Shown: piece by piece, positions 23,106 through 33,736 of the stretch
Layout of the letters: the number at the start of each line of letters is the position of its first letter
Numbering within the stretch: the first letter of the stretch is position 1
Assembly (NCBI RefSeq): GCF_006345805.1
Contig: NW_021835286.1
Span: forward strand, 1 to 41,582
Length of the DNA: 41,582 nucleotides
Reading direction: 5' to 3'
Origin: Octopus sinensis
Taxonomy: Eukaryota
Notes under the pieces: generated by a model
Databases searched by the model: none
What the model saw: only the letters and a program-made list of their open reading frames with translations
Told to the model about the DNA's origin: nothing
Program-made: the position numbers and the translations under genes

Positions 23106-24065
23106 GTGCAATGGTCCAACAGTATAGAAGTCGTAGACTGGTTTAAAGCTATTAAGAATAAGAAAAAAGCGAGGTTTACACAATTTGATATTGTTGATTT
23201 TTATGCCTCTATCTCTAAAGAACTGCTAGATAAAGCCCTAATCTTCGCTAGTGACTTCATAGAAATTAGTACCAATGATAAGGATATAATCTTCCATGCT
23301 AGAAAGACATTACTTTTCAGTGAGAATGCAAAGTGGGTAAAAAACACCGACACGGAGGGCGCTTTCGATGTGAGCATGGGTTCATATGATGGGGCAGGCA
23401 TCTGTGATCTAATTGGACTCTTTCTCCTAGATACCTTCGGTAAGACATTCCCTAACGTACATTTCGCCATCTACAAAGATGATGCCCTCGCCTTAACAGC
23501 TAATACAAATGGACCAGCACAAGATCGTTTTAGGAAGGATATTATCCAGTTAATGAAACACTTCGGACTTAGTATAACTATAGACACTAACCTGACGGTT
23601 GTCAATTTCTTAGACGTTTCCTTAGATCTTAATAATAATATTTATAAGCCTTATAGGAAGCCCAATGATAGACTAAGTTATATTAATGTAGGTTCATGCC
23701 ATCCCCCTATAGTATTCAAAAATTTAGTTAAAAATATTAGTAAGAGGATTTCTAGCCTCTCATCTAATGAGGACATCTTCAATAGCGTTGCCCCAGTTTA
23801 TAATAAAGCTTTAAAAGATAGTGGTTTTAGCGAAAAAATAAAATATACACCTATCACCAGCCCAACAATAAGGAAAAGGAATAATAGAAATAGGAAGGTC
23901 ATCTGGTTTACGCCCCCTTACTCACCCGAGGTGGCCTTCAATATAGGTAAATATTTCCTAGCACTGATAGATAGACATTTTCCAGTTAACCATGCTTATA
24001 GGAAACTCTTCAATAGACACAATTTAAAAATAGTTTTAGTTCAACTACCAATTTTAAAAACATAA
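23106..24065 (+). pseudogene. PLE reverse transcriptase core and thumb (the reading frame extends upstream to about 22791 across frameshifts)
   Basis: Motifs FTQFDIVDFYASI (A), SMGSYDGAGICDLIG (B), AIYKDDALAL (C), NFLDVSLDL, YRKPNDRLSYINVGSCHPP and RKVIWFTPPYS. The upstream frameshifted segment reads NLYLVDNSKYTQLLH...EAFITIKDHKENFLSNPKCRLINP. Confidence 0.9.
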
Positions 24066-24102
24066 TCAATCATAACATACAAAAAACACAAGAAGAAACA
24101 GC

Positions 24103-24561
24103 TGTTCATGCAGGAATAAAGAATTGTGCCCGCTAAATGGAGCTTGCATGTCCAAGACCATCATATATGAAGCTACCGTAAACTCTATAACCACTAAAGA
24201 CACCGTTTCGACGAAGAAATACGTGGGCCTGACAGAGGGTAATTTCAAGGCCAGGTTCAATAACCACACTTTGAGCTTTAGGCACTGGAACAAAAGAAAA
24301 GCGACACAATTATCCAATCATATTTGGTCTTTAAGAGATAAAGGTGTCGATTATAACATACAATGGAAGATTTTGGCCAAATGTAAGCCCTATACCAACG
24401 GCAGCGGAAGGTGCGGTTTATGCGACATGGAGAGATGGCTTATCTGGAAAAGCAGCTTAGACCCTACCACATGTCTAAATACAAGGACAGAGCTTTTCGG
24501 ATCATGCCCACATGTGACTAAATTTCTGTTACGTTTTTGGTCCCCTAAAGAAAACGGATAG
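24103..24561 (+). pseudogene. PLE GIY-YIG endonuclease domain with Cys-rich linker
   Basis: CSCRNKELCPLNGAC linker, IIYEATV...YVGLTEGNFKARFNNH (GIY-YIG-like), CGLCDMERWLI and a terminal SCPH. It is separated from the RT frame by small indels near 24030-24100. Confidence 0.88.
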
Positions 24562-24837
24562 AACATGCTTTCTGTGTTATGTCCCAAGAAGATTTTATAT
24601 ATTTTTATATATTTTTATGTATTTTTATATAATTTTTATGACGAAAAATGCGAGCGATGTATAAGTACGCAGGCAAAGCAGAATTATAACAGAGTAATTT
24701 CCCTTCATTTTTAACGGTATTTTTTCATAACGTTTTCAAATAGCCAGATAACCGAAGAGATGGTGTTGTGGATTTCCACTTCGGCATCTGAAACTCAGAG
24801 TTTTATCTTGACTACCGAGTAATGTAACATATTGTAT

Positions 24838-24842
<5 letters not shown>
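24468..24842 (+). repeat. PLE 3' pseudo-LTR (right arm)
   Basis: Contains the ORF C-terminus, the 3' UTR and a hammerhead-like motif; mirrored at 22221-22602. Confidence 0.93.
24741..24814 (+). ncRNA. Hammerhead-like variant in the PLE pseudo-LTR
   Basis: AGATAA-CCGAAGA-GATG...CATC-T-GAAA-CTCAGAGT-T-TTATCT. Stem I is 6 bp and stem III is ACTC/GAGT. It has C at position 4, an extra U before GAAA, and a GUU triplet. Confidence 0.6.
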
Positions 24843-24925
<83 letters not shown>

Positions 24926-25119
24926 TGAGAGAGAAAATGTTAATGGTATAAAACATCAAAATTTATATTCATAGGCTTTGAGATTTCAGTTAAACAAACA
25001 TGTTGATAAATTCCAAAAATGTCATTACAATGCAGTGAATTGCTGGGGAAACAGAATTGCATCCGTATACAGAATTGGTTAGGAAGGATACTGGAAGCGA
25101 CATATTTAGAATGAAAAGC

Positions 25120-25369
25120 TGAAAAACATCATCATTATCAACATCATCATCTCTATCATCATCATCATTGTCATCGTCATCGTTATCATCATCATCATCA
25201 TCATCATTATCATCATCATCATAATCATCATCATCGTCATCATCATCATCATTATTATCATCATCATCATAATCATCATCATCATCATTATTATCATCAT
25301 CATCATAATCATCATCATCGTCATCATCATCATCGTCATCGTCATCATCATCATCATCATCGTCGTCGC

Positions 25370-25400
<31 letters not shown>

Positions 25401-25401
25401 G

Positions 25402-25433
<32 letters not shown>

Positions 25434-25485
25434 TTCGTCATCATCATCATCATCACTGTCATCATTATCATCATCATCATCTTCG

Positions 25486-25562
<77 letters not shown>

Positions 25563-25570
25563 GTGATCAT
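25120..25570. repeat. (CAT)n microsatellite
   Basis: Directly visible. Confidence 0.95.
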
Positions 25571-26311
25571 CATTTAACATCTGCTTTCTATGCTGGCATG
25601 AATTGGATGGTTCTGACATGGTCTGAGATGGTTAGCAGGGAGCTGTCCAGACCCCCAGCTGTCCATTGAGGCACAGTTTCGAGGTTTCGATGGCTGGATG
25701 TCCTTCTTAATGCCAACCACTTCACAGAGTGTGTCGGGTGCTTTTTACCCTCCACCAGCACAGTTCTTTATGTTTGCAAAGTCCCCTGTAGTGAAAACCC
25801 AAGTATCACCGCCATGTAACATAGCTGTACATACACAGGCATCATGCAATCTGCCTTTCACTCTGAGGGAGAGGCCTTTACTTACCAACAAAGCCAGAAG
25901 CTCTCTGAACTTTGCCCAGCCCATTCTTATCCTAGCAACAACACTTTCAGAACTCCCTTCTCCCCTGCTAAGTTGGCCCCTAGGTAACAGAAGCTATCTA
26001 CTACTTCTAATGATCGACCCGAGCATTTGAGGGAGCCTATCGTCTGCTTATTTTTAGTGCCACACATAAAGACTATACTATCTACTCATTTACTTGTTTC
26101 AGTCATTTGACTGTGGCCATGCTGGAGCACCGCCTTTAGTCGAGCAAATTGACCCCAGGACTTATTCTTTGTAAGCCTAGTACTTATTCTATTGGTTTCT
26201 TTTGCCGGACCGCTAAGTTACAGGGACGTAAACACACCAGCATTGGTTGTCAAGCGATGTTGAGGGGACAAACACGGACCCACAAACATATACACACACA
26301 TACATACATAC

Positions 26312-26354
<43 letters not shown>

Positions 26355-26437
26355 CATCATCGTTTAACGTCCGCTTTCCATGCTAGCATGGGTTGGACGA
26401 TTTTGACTGAGGGCTGGCGAGCTAGATGGCTGCACCA

Positions 26438-26468
<31 letters not shown>

Positions 26469-26554
26469 CATCATCATCGTTTAACGTCCGCTTTCCATGC
26501 TAGCATGGGTTGGACGATTTTGACTGAGGGCTGGCGAGCTAGATGGCTGCACCA

Positions 26555-26585
<31 letters not shown>

Positions 26586-27217
26586 TATATATATACACAT
26601 ATAAGTACACATATATATACACATATATACATACATATATATATAACAGGCTTCTTTCAGTTTCCGTCTACCAAATCCACTCACAAGGCTTTGGTCGGCC
26701 CGAGGCTATAGCAGAAGACACTTACCCGAGATGCCACTCAGTGGGACTGAACCCAGAACCATGTGATTGGTAAGCAAGCTACTTACCACACAGCCACTCC
26801 TAGGCCTATCTGTTAACCTTTCTTTGATAACACTGCACAAATTTCACATATTTTTCAATGGCGGCTTCATTGGCAATAAACATCATTTTTATATAATTAA
26901 GATACATAGTTATGCAATTAAGATACATAATTACTTTGTTAAACTCCAATTAATACAATGTAATAGTTATTGATGGAATAAATTTGCATGCATGTTAATT
27001 TAAAAGGGATGTGTAACCAATTCACTGAGAAAAAGCATTATGCATCTTAATTACATGATTATATAAATATCGATGTTGATTGTCAGTGAAACAGCTGTTG
27101 AGCACAATCAAATTGTAGGTTATGTATGAAATTCATACTTTTCTGCTTTTTATTATCTCTTTCTTTCTCTCCGTTTGTTTGTCTGTCTTTCTCCCTGTAT
27201 ACATACATACATACATA

Positions 27218-27260
<43 letters not shown>

Positions 27261-27462
27261 CAATATCAAAGGGTAATCTGAAATATTAAAAATTTCCATT
27301 ACCAGTGGCCTAGCATGTAAAAAATTTAGTCAATAGCCTATATATTATTCATATAAATACAGTGTACATTTAAACACAAAAGAGGCATCCATCATAGTAC
27401 TACCTGCTCGCTAGAGAGGACAGTTAAATTCCAAAACCACTTTTGTGTTTAAATGTACACTG

Positions 27463-27501
<39 letters not shown>

Positions 27502-28712
27502 ATATATATATATGTACATATATATGTATGTATGTATTATGTATGTATGTAGAAGGTTGAAAAGCAACACGCAAGTTGATATATATGGAAAAACAAGTCA
27601 AGGTAGAAAATGCTAAAATAATTTTATAAAGAACATTTCAGTACCGGTTTCAGTAATTGAGACTTTTTCAGCTGTAAGTATGGAAAATAATTAAATTTTG
27701 GAATAGTTAAGAAAATTTTTTTTAAAAGCATATTTGCATAGTGTTCAAATACAAGGGGCATTTTCCTTGTTTCTGCCTGTCTCTGTGTCTCTTGTTTACT
27801 CTTGTGGGTTCTTCGTGAGCCTTGAGTGTATTCTCTCTCTCTCCCTCTCTCTCTCTTCCTCTCTTTCTTATTTCTTTATTGCCCATAAGGGGCTAAACAT
27901 AGAGGGGACAAACAAGGACACAGAAAGGGATTAAGTCGGTTACATCAACCCCAGTGCGTAACAGTGCGGTGTTGGGGACAAATACAGAAAGCACAAACAC
28001 AAACACACACACACACACACACACACACCACACACACACACACATATATACATACATTTTTTTTTTTAGTTTCTGCTCACAAGCTGTGGCCATGCTGGGG
28101 CACCGCCATACATGATGGGATTCTTTCAGTTTCCGTCTACCAAATCCACTCACAAGGCTTTGGTTGGCCTGAGGCTATAGTAGAAGACACTTGCTCAAGG
28201 TGCCATGCAGGGGGACTGAACCCAGAACCATGCGGCTGGGAAGAAAGCTTCTTATAACACAGCCTGGCCTGCAACACACACACACACACACACACAAACA
28301 CACATAATGGGCTTCTTACAGATTCCGTCTACCAAATACACTGCTCAATGCTACAGCAGAAACCACTTGCCCAAGGTACCTCACAGTGGGACTGAACCCA
28401 GAACCGTGTGGTTGGGAAGCTTATCTTGCTATTGATAGAATGTACTCTTCTATTTCCAATGTTATGTTCTATATCTCAGTTGTGCCCTACATCAGGCTGC
28501 GCAGTGTGTAATTACTATAGAATATTCTACCTATAAGATCGAAAGAGAGAGACACAGAGAGAAGGAGAGAGAGAGAGAGAAAGAGAGAGCTATTTTTCTG
28601 TTTGTATGTGAGAAATACAAAGGAAAAAAGTGATGTATGTACATATGTGTGTATATATATATATATATATCTTTCAGCAGAAGTTACAGAGTGACTGGAG
28701 TCCTACTTTCCT

Positions 28713-28751
<39 letters not shown>

Positions 28752-29954
28752 ATTATGCACAAATATATATACACACACACACAATTATATACAAATATAT
28801 ATATATACACACACACAATTATGTACATATATATATATACACACACAATTATGTACAAATATATATATATATTTGTATATATATATATATATATGTGTGT
28901 GTGTATGTATGTATTTCATTCTCGTTTTATATCAGTCTGAATAATCTTTGTCTTTCCCACCAGCTGTATGTAGACGATTAGCTTGTTAGAAATAACAGCC
29001 AGATCGTCAAATCACACACAACTACACGCCGCCATTTTAAACACACACATATATATATATGTATCTGTATATATTTATATCCCATACACAAAACCCTCCC
29101 TAAAAATAACGAAATCTATTTGATCATAGGTTTGTTTTTCGATCAGAGACGACCTTGGGTTAAATAACAATAATATTTCTGCAGAAAATATCGTCCATTG
29201 CAATATTGCAAAGCAAGATAACAAGAACACTAGACGCCATTAATTTCCTTTACAAATTTATCAATTTTTCTCATCTTTTCCTTCACACGCTGCCGGCTGC
29301 TTTTCTCTTTATTCCTTGACAGTAAATTATGATTGTATTTTACTATATTTCACATGTTCTATAAAGTTTATTCAATTATTTAGCTTAAAAAACGACTTCA
29401 AATAACCTTTTTTTAAATTTATTTTTTCTAAACCTCCTCCCGATCGCCGTGTTTTCTATATTTTGTGTTGCTTCTAACGATCGTTTTCAAGTTTATTAAT
29501 ATTTATTATATTAATAATTTTCACAAATGGCTCCTGATATATTATAATATTGATCTTCGTGTTTTAATATATCTGCATCGATATTCATATTTTTTTATGC
29601 TTTGTTGATTGTTCAGATATATAATTTTTTTACTTGCTTTTTTTTTTACTTGATGATGTAAATGTTCTTGTTGTTGTTGTTGTTAATTATTTTACTGTGG
29701 TTTTTGTTGTTGTTGCTTTTGTTGTTTTGTCGCTGTTGCTGTCGTATTTGCTTTTATTGTTTTTATTTTAGCTGTTTTTTCTAATTTTCAAAATTTGCTG
29801 TTGTTGTTTAGCCCCAAGCAAGCCACATCCTAATCCAGCAGACCTGAAACGAATCATTTCCTGGATTCTTAGCCAGGAATTAAAAACCTTAATCTACATT
29901 TTTTTGCAAGCTTCTTTCCATTGTTCACAGTATTAGCACTTAGAAATTTATGAG

Positions 29955-30084
29955 AGGCGGTCCTTTCGGGGTCGATAAATTAAGTACCAGCTACGTACTG
30001 GGTCGATGTAATCGACTTAATCCCTTTGTCTGTCCTTGTTTTTCCCCTCTATGTTTAGCCCCTTGTGGGTAATAACGAAATAAA
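29955..30084 (+). mobile_element. 5'-truncated SINE family 1 copy with 11-bp TSD
   Basis: aaatttatgag occurs at both 29944-29954 and 30085-30095. Confidence 0.72.
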
Positions 30085-30107
30085 AAATTTATGAGCGGGA
30101 ACTGCCA

Positions 30108-30529
30108 GGATCTTTTCGGTTTGAACGGCAGTTTTTAAAAATAATTTCCACGTAACTAAACACTTTTAAACTTCGTATACTGGTAGAATGTGTTTATAAA
30201 ACATTTTTTTCTCTTGGCTTTATTGAGAAAATTCTATAGTTTGTAAGATATTTGTTCTTTCTTTTCTTCAATTTCTGCAATTTCAACCAATCACTAACGT
30301 CCATTGAGGTAAAAAAAAACACATTCTGTGCCGTATGAATATGTCCCTCGTTTAAGAAACAGATTGGGCTTATTTACATTTCTGAAGCAAAAAAAGATAC
30401 CCTTCCCCACCCCTAACCCTAACCCTAAAACAGATTGAAATGCAATAGATCGATTCTAAGGTCATAATTATGGGTGACAATTTCATATGACACCGCTAGA
30501 AAAAACTGCCATTCAAACCGAAATGAGCC
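30108..30529. mobile_element. Non-autonomous TIR element (MITE)
   Basis: About 29-bp imperfect TIRs: ggatcttttcggtttgaacggcagttttt and aaaaactgccattcaaaccgaaatgagcc. It contains (CCCTAA)3 at 30411-30428. No clear TSD. Confidence 0.7.
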
Positions 30530-30844
30530 AAGGTTTATTCTTTTACCAGAATGTCTTAGGTTAAATTTAGTTCAATGCAAATCTGTTGTGTCTGGGGAGA
30601 GCCATTTTCTTTTTTTGTGTCTTATAATGTAACACACTCACCGGTAAAATTTCCACTTTTTTCTTATTTTTATTTTGCTAAAATTTTCGTTGCGTCTTGC
30701 AAATTTTTCAATAGTCTACAGACACAACAGATTATGCTTCAACACACGAACTCATATAAAGAATTTTGCAAACCAAATCCCAAAACGCAAATAAACTAAT
30801 TCACCTTCTTTTGTATCCCAACCTACTTACAGGTTTCGAACATG

Positions 30845-30975
30845 TATAAATATCTTCTCCATCAAGATACCTTAACTGATCCAGCCAGTCGTTGGGGTGC
30901 CACTCTAGATGCTGTCATTGCGTCTCTTCTCTGTCATGCATAGCAGGTTCACTCCATTGTGACCTGTCCACTTCT
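30845..30975 (-). mobile_element. Highly decayed RTE-like LINE C-terminal remnant
   Basis: Minus-strand fragments KWTGHNG and LEWHP resemble the RTE W-GH...EW-P motif; the frames are broken. Confidence 0.3.
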
Positions 30976-31440
30976 TAATGTTTATTTCTTTATTGCCCAC
31001 AGGGGGTTAAACATAGCGGGGGGAGGGGGCAAACAAGGACAGACAAAGGAATTAAGTCGCTTACATCGACCCAATTGAGAAGCAAGCTTCTTTTATTCAT
31101 TAGATTGGCCATAAAGGCCTTACAAAGACAGGAAGCTGCGGGCTGGACACGGACATAACGAGAGGGAATGATAAACGATATGATAATAATGAGGGCAACA
31201 GCAATGCCCGCTGATTGCTGTTTACCTGAGCACATTGTTCTTTATAAGTACCATATTTGAGGCAACAAACCTCTTACACAGTTCAAAGTAAAACACGAAG
31301 GAGGCGATAAACCTCTTACATTTACAACAAGAAAGCCATTATGAGGCAATAAACCTCTTACACAAGTCAATTATAAAATCAATGAAATAATACAACTGAG
31401 GCACCCAGCCTCTTACTTTAAGTAGTTACAAATCAACCAA

Positions 31441-31485
<45 letters not shown>

Positions 31486-31486
<1 letters not shown>

Positions 31487-31996
31487 TATGTTTGACTTTT
31501 GCTTTACATTGGTACAAGTTGGCTCCAAGTCTCACCCAGAGACCTCAAGAGACAACAGGTTGGAAGTTCACGTTGTTATTATACCTAGGGTGCCATATAT
31601 TTGGTATTATACATAGTGTTGTACTAGTGAATATCTAAAAAACCAAATGAAAATTATGTTTGTTTTAAAATTTGAGATTACATAGAAAGTATTTTGCGTT
31701 GGATATGAGCAGTTCCCATGAGCACTATCTTTTGAATTTCTGCCATTTTTGGGTTTCCTGGTATCTGAGTTAGGTAGCAATCAGCCCCTTTTGCTATCAT
31801 TCCCAGGGCACCTATGACAACATGTATTGTGTTAGTTTTCAGGTTTCACATTTTACTGATTTCTATTTCAAGATCTTTATATTTGCTCAGTTTTTGGTAG
31901 GTCTTGACAGATACGTTTATATCGATTGGGACAGTCATATCAATGAGGTGGCATGATTTTTGTCTGAAGTCTGGCCTATTCGCATCTATCTTTCTG

Positions 31997-31998
<2 letters not shown>
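31486..31998 (-). mobile_element. 5'-truncated R4/Dong-like RLE non-LTR retrotransposon in (TAA)n
   Basis: 31998-31678 reads DRKIDANRPDFRQKSCHLIDMTVPIDINVSVKTYQKLSKYKDLEIEISKM*NLKTNTIHVVIGALGMI...TAHIQRKILSM* (RPD...D-type restriction-like endonuclease). (ATT)n lies on both sides (31441-31485 and 31999-32028). Confidence 0.8.
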
Positions 31999-32028
<30 letters not shown>

Positions 32029-32470
32029 GAGTGAGAGAGCAGTTCATGCCATCAAAGTGACACTGGGGTAAAATATACGAAGCCTAATATACCCACCATG
32101 ACTACCCGTCTGATAAGGGTACACCAGGCACATGCATCACAACCATATGTGCGCGACATGGTGATCTCATATCAAGATAAACAGCGCATGACCTTGCAGG
32201 TGGGGCCCAGTTAGAATTTGATTCAGGTTGAGTAGCCCATCCCGCTCAAAAGGTCCCTGAATAAGGGTTGTTTAAGGACGTTGAACGAAACACCCATGTT
32301 TCCAGAGGTGAATTATTCAAACCCCAAAGAATCCTTCTCAACACATGGCTATGATGCTCCCCCACTACTTCTACTCGTGATCAGAGATGCACATATCGTC
32401 AGCCACTAAGGGACATGGTCAACTGGTTAAGGTCAAACAACTGACAAGCAAATCTGTGGTATTGAGCAGT
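32029..32470 (-). mobile_element. Unclassified interspersed retroelement-like repeat with (TAA)n tail
   Basis: GC-richer non-coding block bounded by (ATT)n tracts. I recall this sequence as a common octopus repeat, but that is not verifiable here. Confidence 0.35.
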
Positions 32471-32540
32471 ATTATTATTATTATTATTATTACTGTTATT
32501 TCTCTGTTGTTTCTCCTTTTGTTTGATGTAAGTCCCCGAC

Positions 32541-33344
32541 TTTTCTGTGTTGTATTTTGTCTTTCTGTGTTGTATTTTGTCTTTCTGTGTTGTATTTTGT
32601 CTTTCTGTGTTGTATTTTGTCTTTCTGTGTTGTATTTTGTCTTTCTGTGTTGTATTTTGTCTTTCTGTGTTGTATTTTGTCTTTCTGTGTTGTATTTTGT
32701 CTTCTCTGTGTTGTATTTTGTCTTTCTTTCTGTGTTGTATTTTGTCTTTCTGTGTTGTATTTTGTCTTTCTGTGTTGTATTTTGTCTTTCTGTGTTGTAT
32801 TTTGTCTTTCTGCATTGTATTTTGTCTTTCTGCGTTGTATTTTGTCTTTCTGTGTTGTATTTTGTCTTTCTGTGTTGTATTTTGTCTTTCTGTGTTGTAT
32901 TTTGTCTTTCTGCGTTGTATTTTGTCTTTCTGTGTTGTATTTTGTCTTTCTGTGTTGTATTTTGTCTTTCTGTGTTGTATTTTGTCTTTCTGTGTTGTAT
33001 TTTGTCTTTCTGTGTTGTATTTTGTCTTTCTGTGTTGTATTTGTCTTTCTGTGTTGTATTTTGTCTTCTGTGTTGTATTGTCTTTCTGTGTTGTATTTTG
33101 TCTTTCTGTGTTGTATTTGTCTTTCTGTGTTGTATTTTGTCTTTCTGTGTTGTATTTTGTCTTTCTGTGTTGTATTTTGTCTTTCTGTGTTGTATTTTGT
33201 CTTTCTGTGTTGTATTTTGTCTTTCTGTGTTGTATTTTGTCTTTCTGTGTTGTATTTTGTCTTTCTGTGTTGTATTTTGTCTTTCTGTGTTGTATTTTGT
33301 CTTTCTGTGTTGTATTTTGTCTTTCTGTGTTGTATTTGTCTTTC
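32541..33344. repeat. 20-bp minisatellite (TTTTGTCTTTCTGTGTTGTA), about 40 copies
   Basis: Directly visible and very homogeneous. Confidence 0.95.
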
Positions 33345-33654
33345 ATTATTATTATCAATTTTGTTGTTGCTGTTGTTGATTCATTTATTTATTTTTCTCT
33401 CAGACCTTTCGCCTCAGTTAAACACCTGGATGGCGCCAAGTCGGGCCAATTTGGCATGAATCTGAAGGTATCCTCAGGGAAGGAGTCCATTGAGAAGCAA
33501 CCTTCTTACCACATAGCCATACCTGTGCCCATAGCACACTAAATACCTCAAAACACCATGTTTTTTTCTTTGTTGCTCTACCAGTTTTCACCAGTTTAAA
33601 AAAATTCATATATTTTATTTTATCAGAACAAAACAAAAAAAAAATCTGACTTAC

Positions 33655-33736
33655 CTGGATGTATAGTGAGGAGAAGAAGGAGGATGAAGAGGAGGACAAG
33701 ATGAAGAAGAACGAAGGACGGGGTGGTTGCCATCAT
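33655..33736 (-). CDS. First coding exon (signal peptide) of a secreted Ly6/uPAR three-finger-like protein
   Basis: Minus strand AAAAA-ATG ATG reads MMATTPSFVLLHLVLLFILLLLLTIHP plus 1 nt, then a consensus donor CAG|GTAAGT (GT at 33654-33653). The hydrophobic core is typical of a signal peptide, and phase 1 matches the 6672-6842 exon. Confidence 0.72.

Larger units (their letters stand above)
22158..24842 (+). mobile_element. Penelope-like retroelement (PLE), 5'-truncated, with inverted pseudo-LTR, inserted in (TA)n
   Basis: RT plus C-terminal GIY-YIG coding region. 22221-22602 is the reverse complement of 24468-24842. (TA)n tracts lie on both sides (about 22122-22157 and from about 24841). 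Confidence 0.92.

Noticed and set aside
23106-24561. Selenoprotein-type (Naiad-like) PLE or programmed frameshifting
   Set aside because: No in-frame TGA is present and the endonuclease is C-terminal. The frameshifts are scattered single-base indels, better explained by decay or sequencing error.
30411-30428. Telomere or chromosome-fusion site
   Set aside because: Only three repeats, located inside a MITE.
31103-31213. Plus-strand terminal-exon candidate (IGHKGLTKTGSCGLD...)
   Set aside because: Short, with no recognisable motif and no upstream partner exon.
31259-31417. CRISPR array call
   Set aside because: Eukaryotic context, no cas genes, only four short degenerate repeats and uneven spacers. 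It is kept only as a motif-array finding.
32340-32405. Minus-strand CTGACGA core
   Set aside because: There is no GAAA at the required position.
33404-33467. Plus-strand 64-nt exon candidate (PFASVKHLDGAKSGQFGMNLK)
   Set aside because: It has a good acceptor but a weak donor (GTATCC), no recognisable homology, and no compatible partner exon.
32387-33542. 300-330 aa hydrophobic or basic ORFs
   Set aside because: Translation of the 20-bp minisatellite, which happens to lack stop codons.
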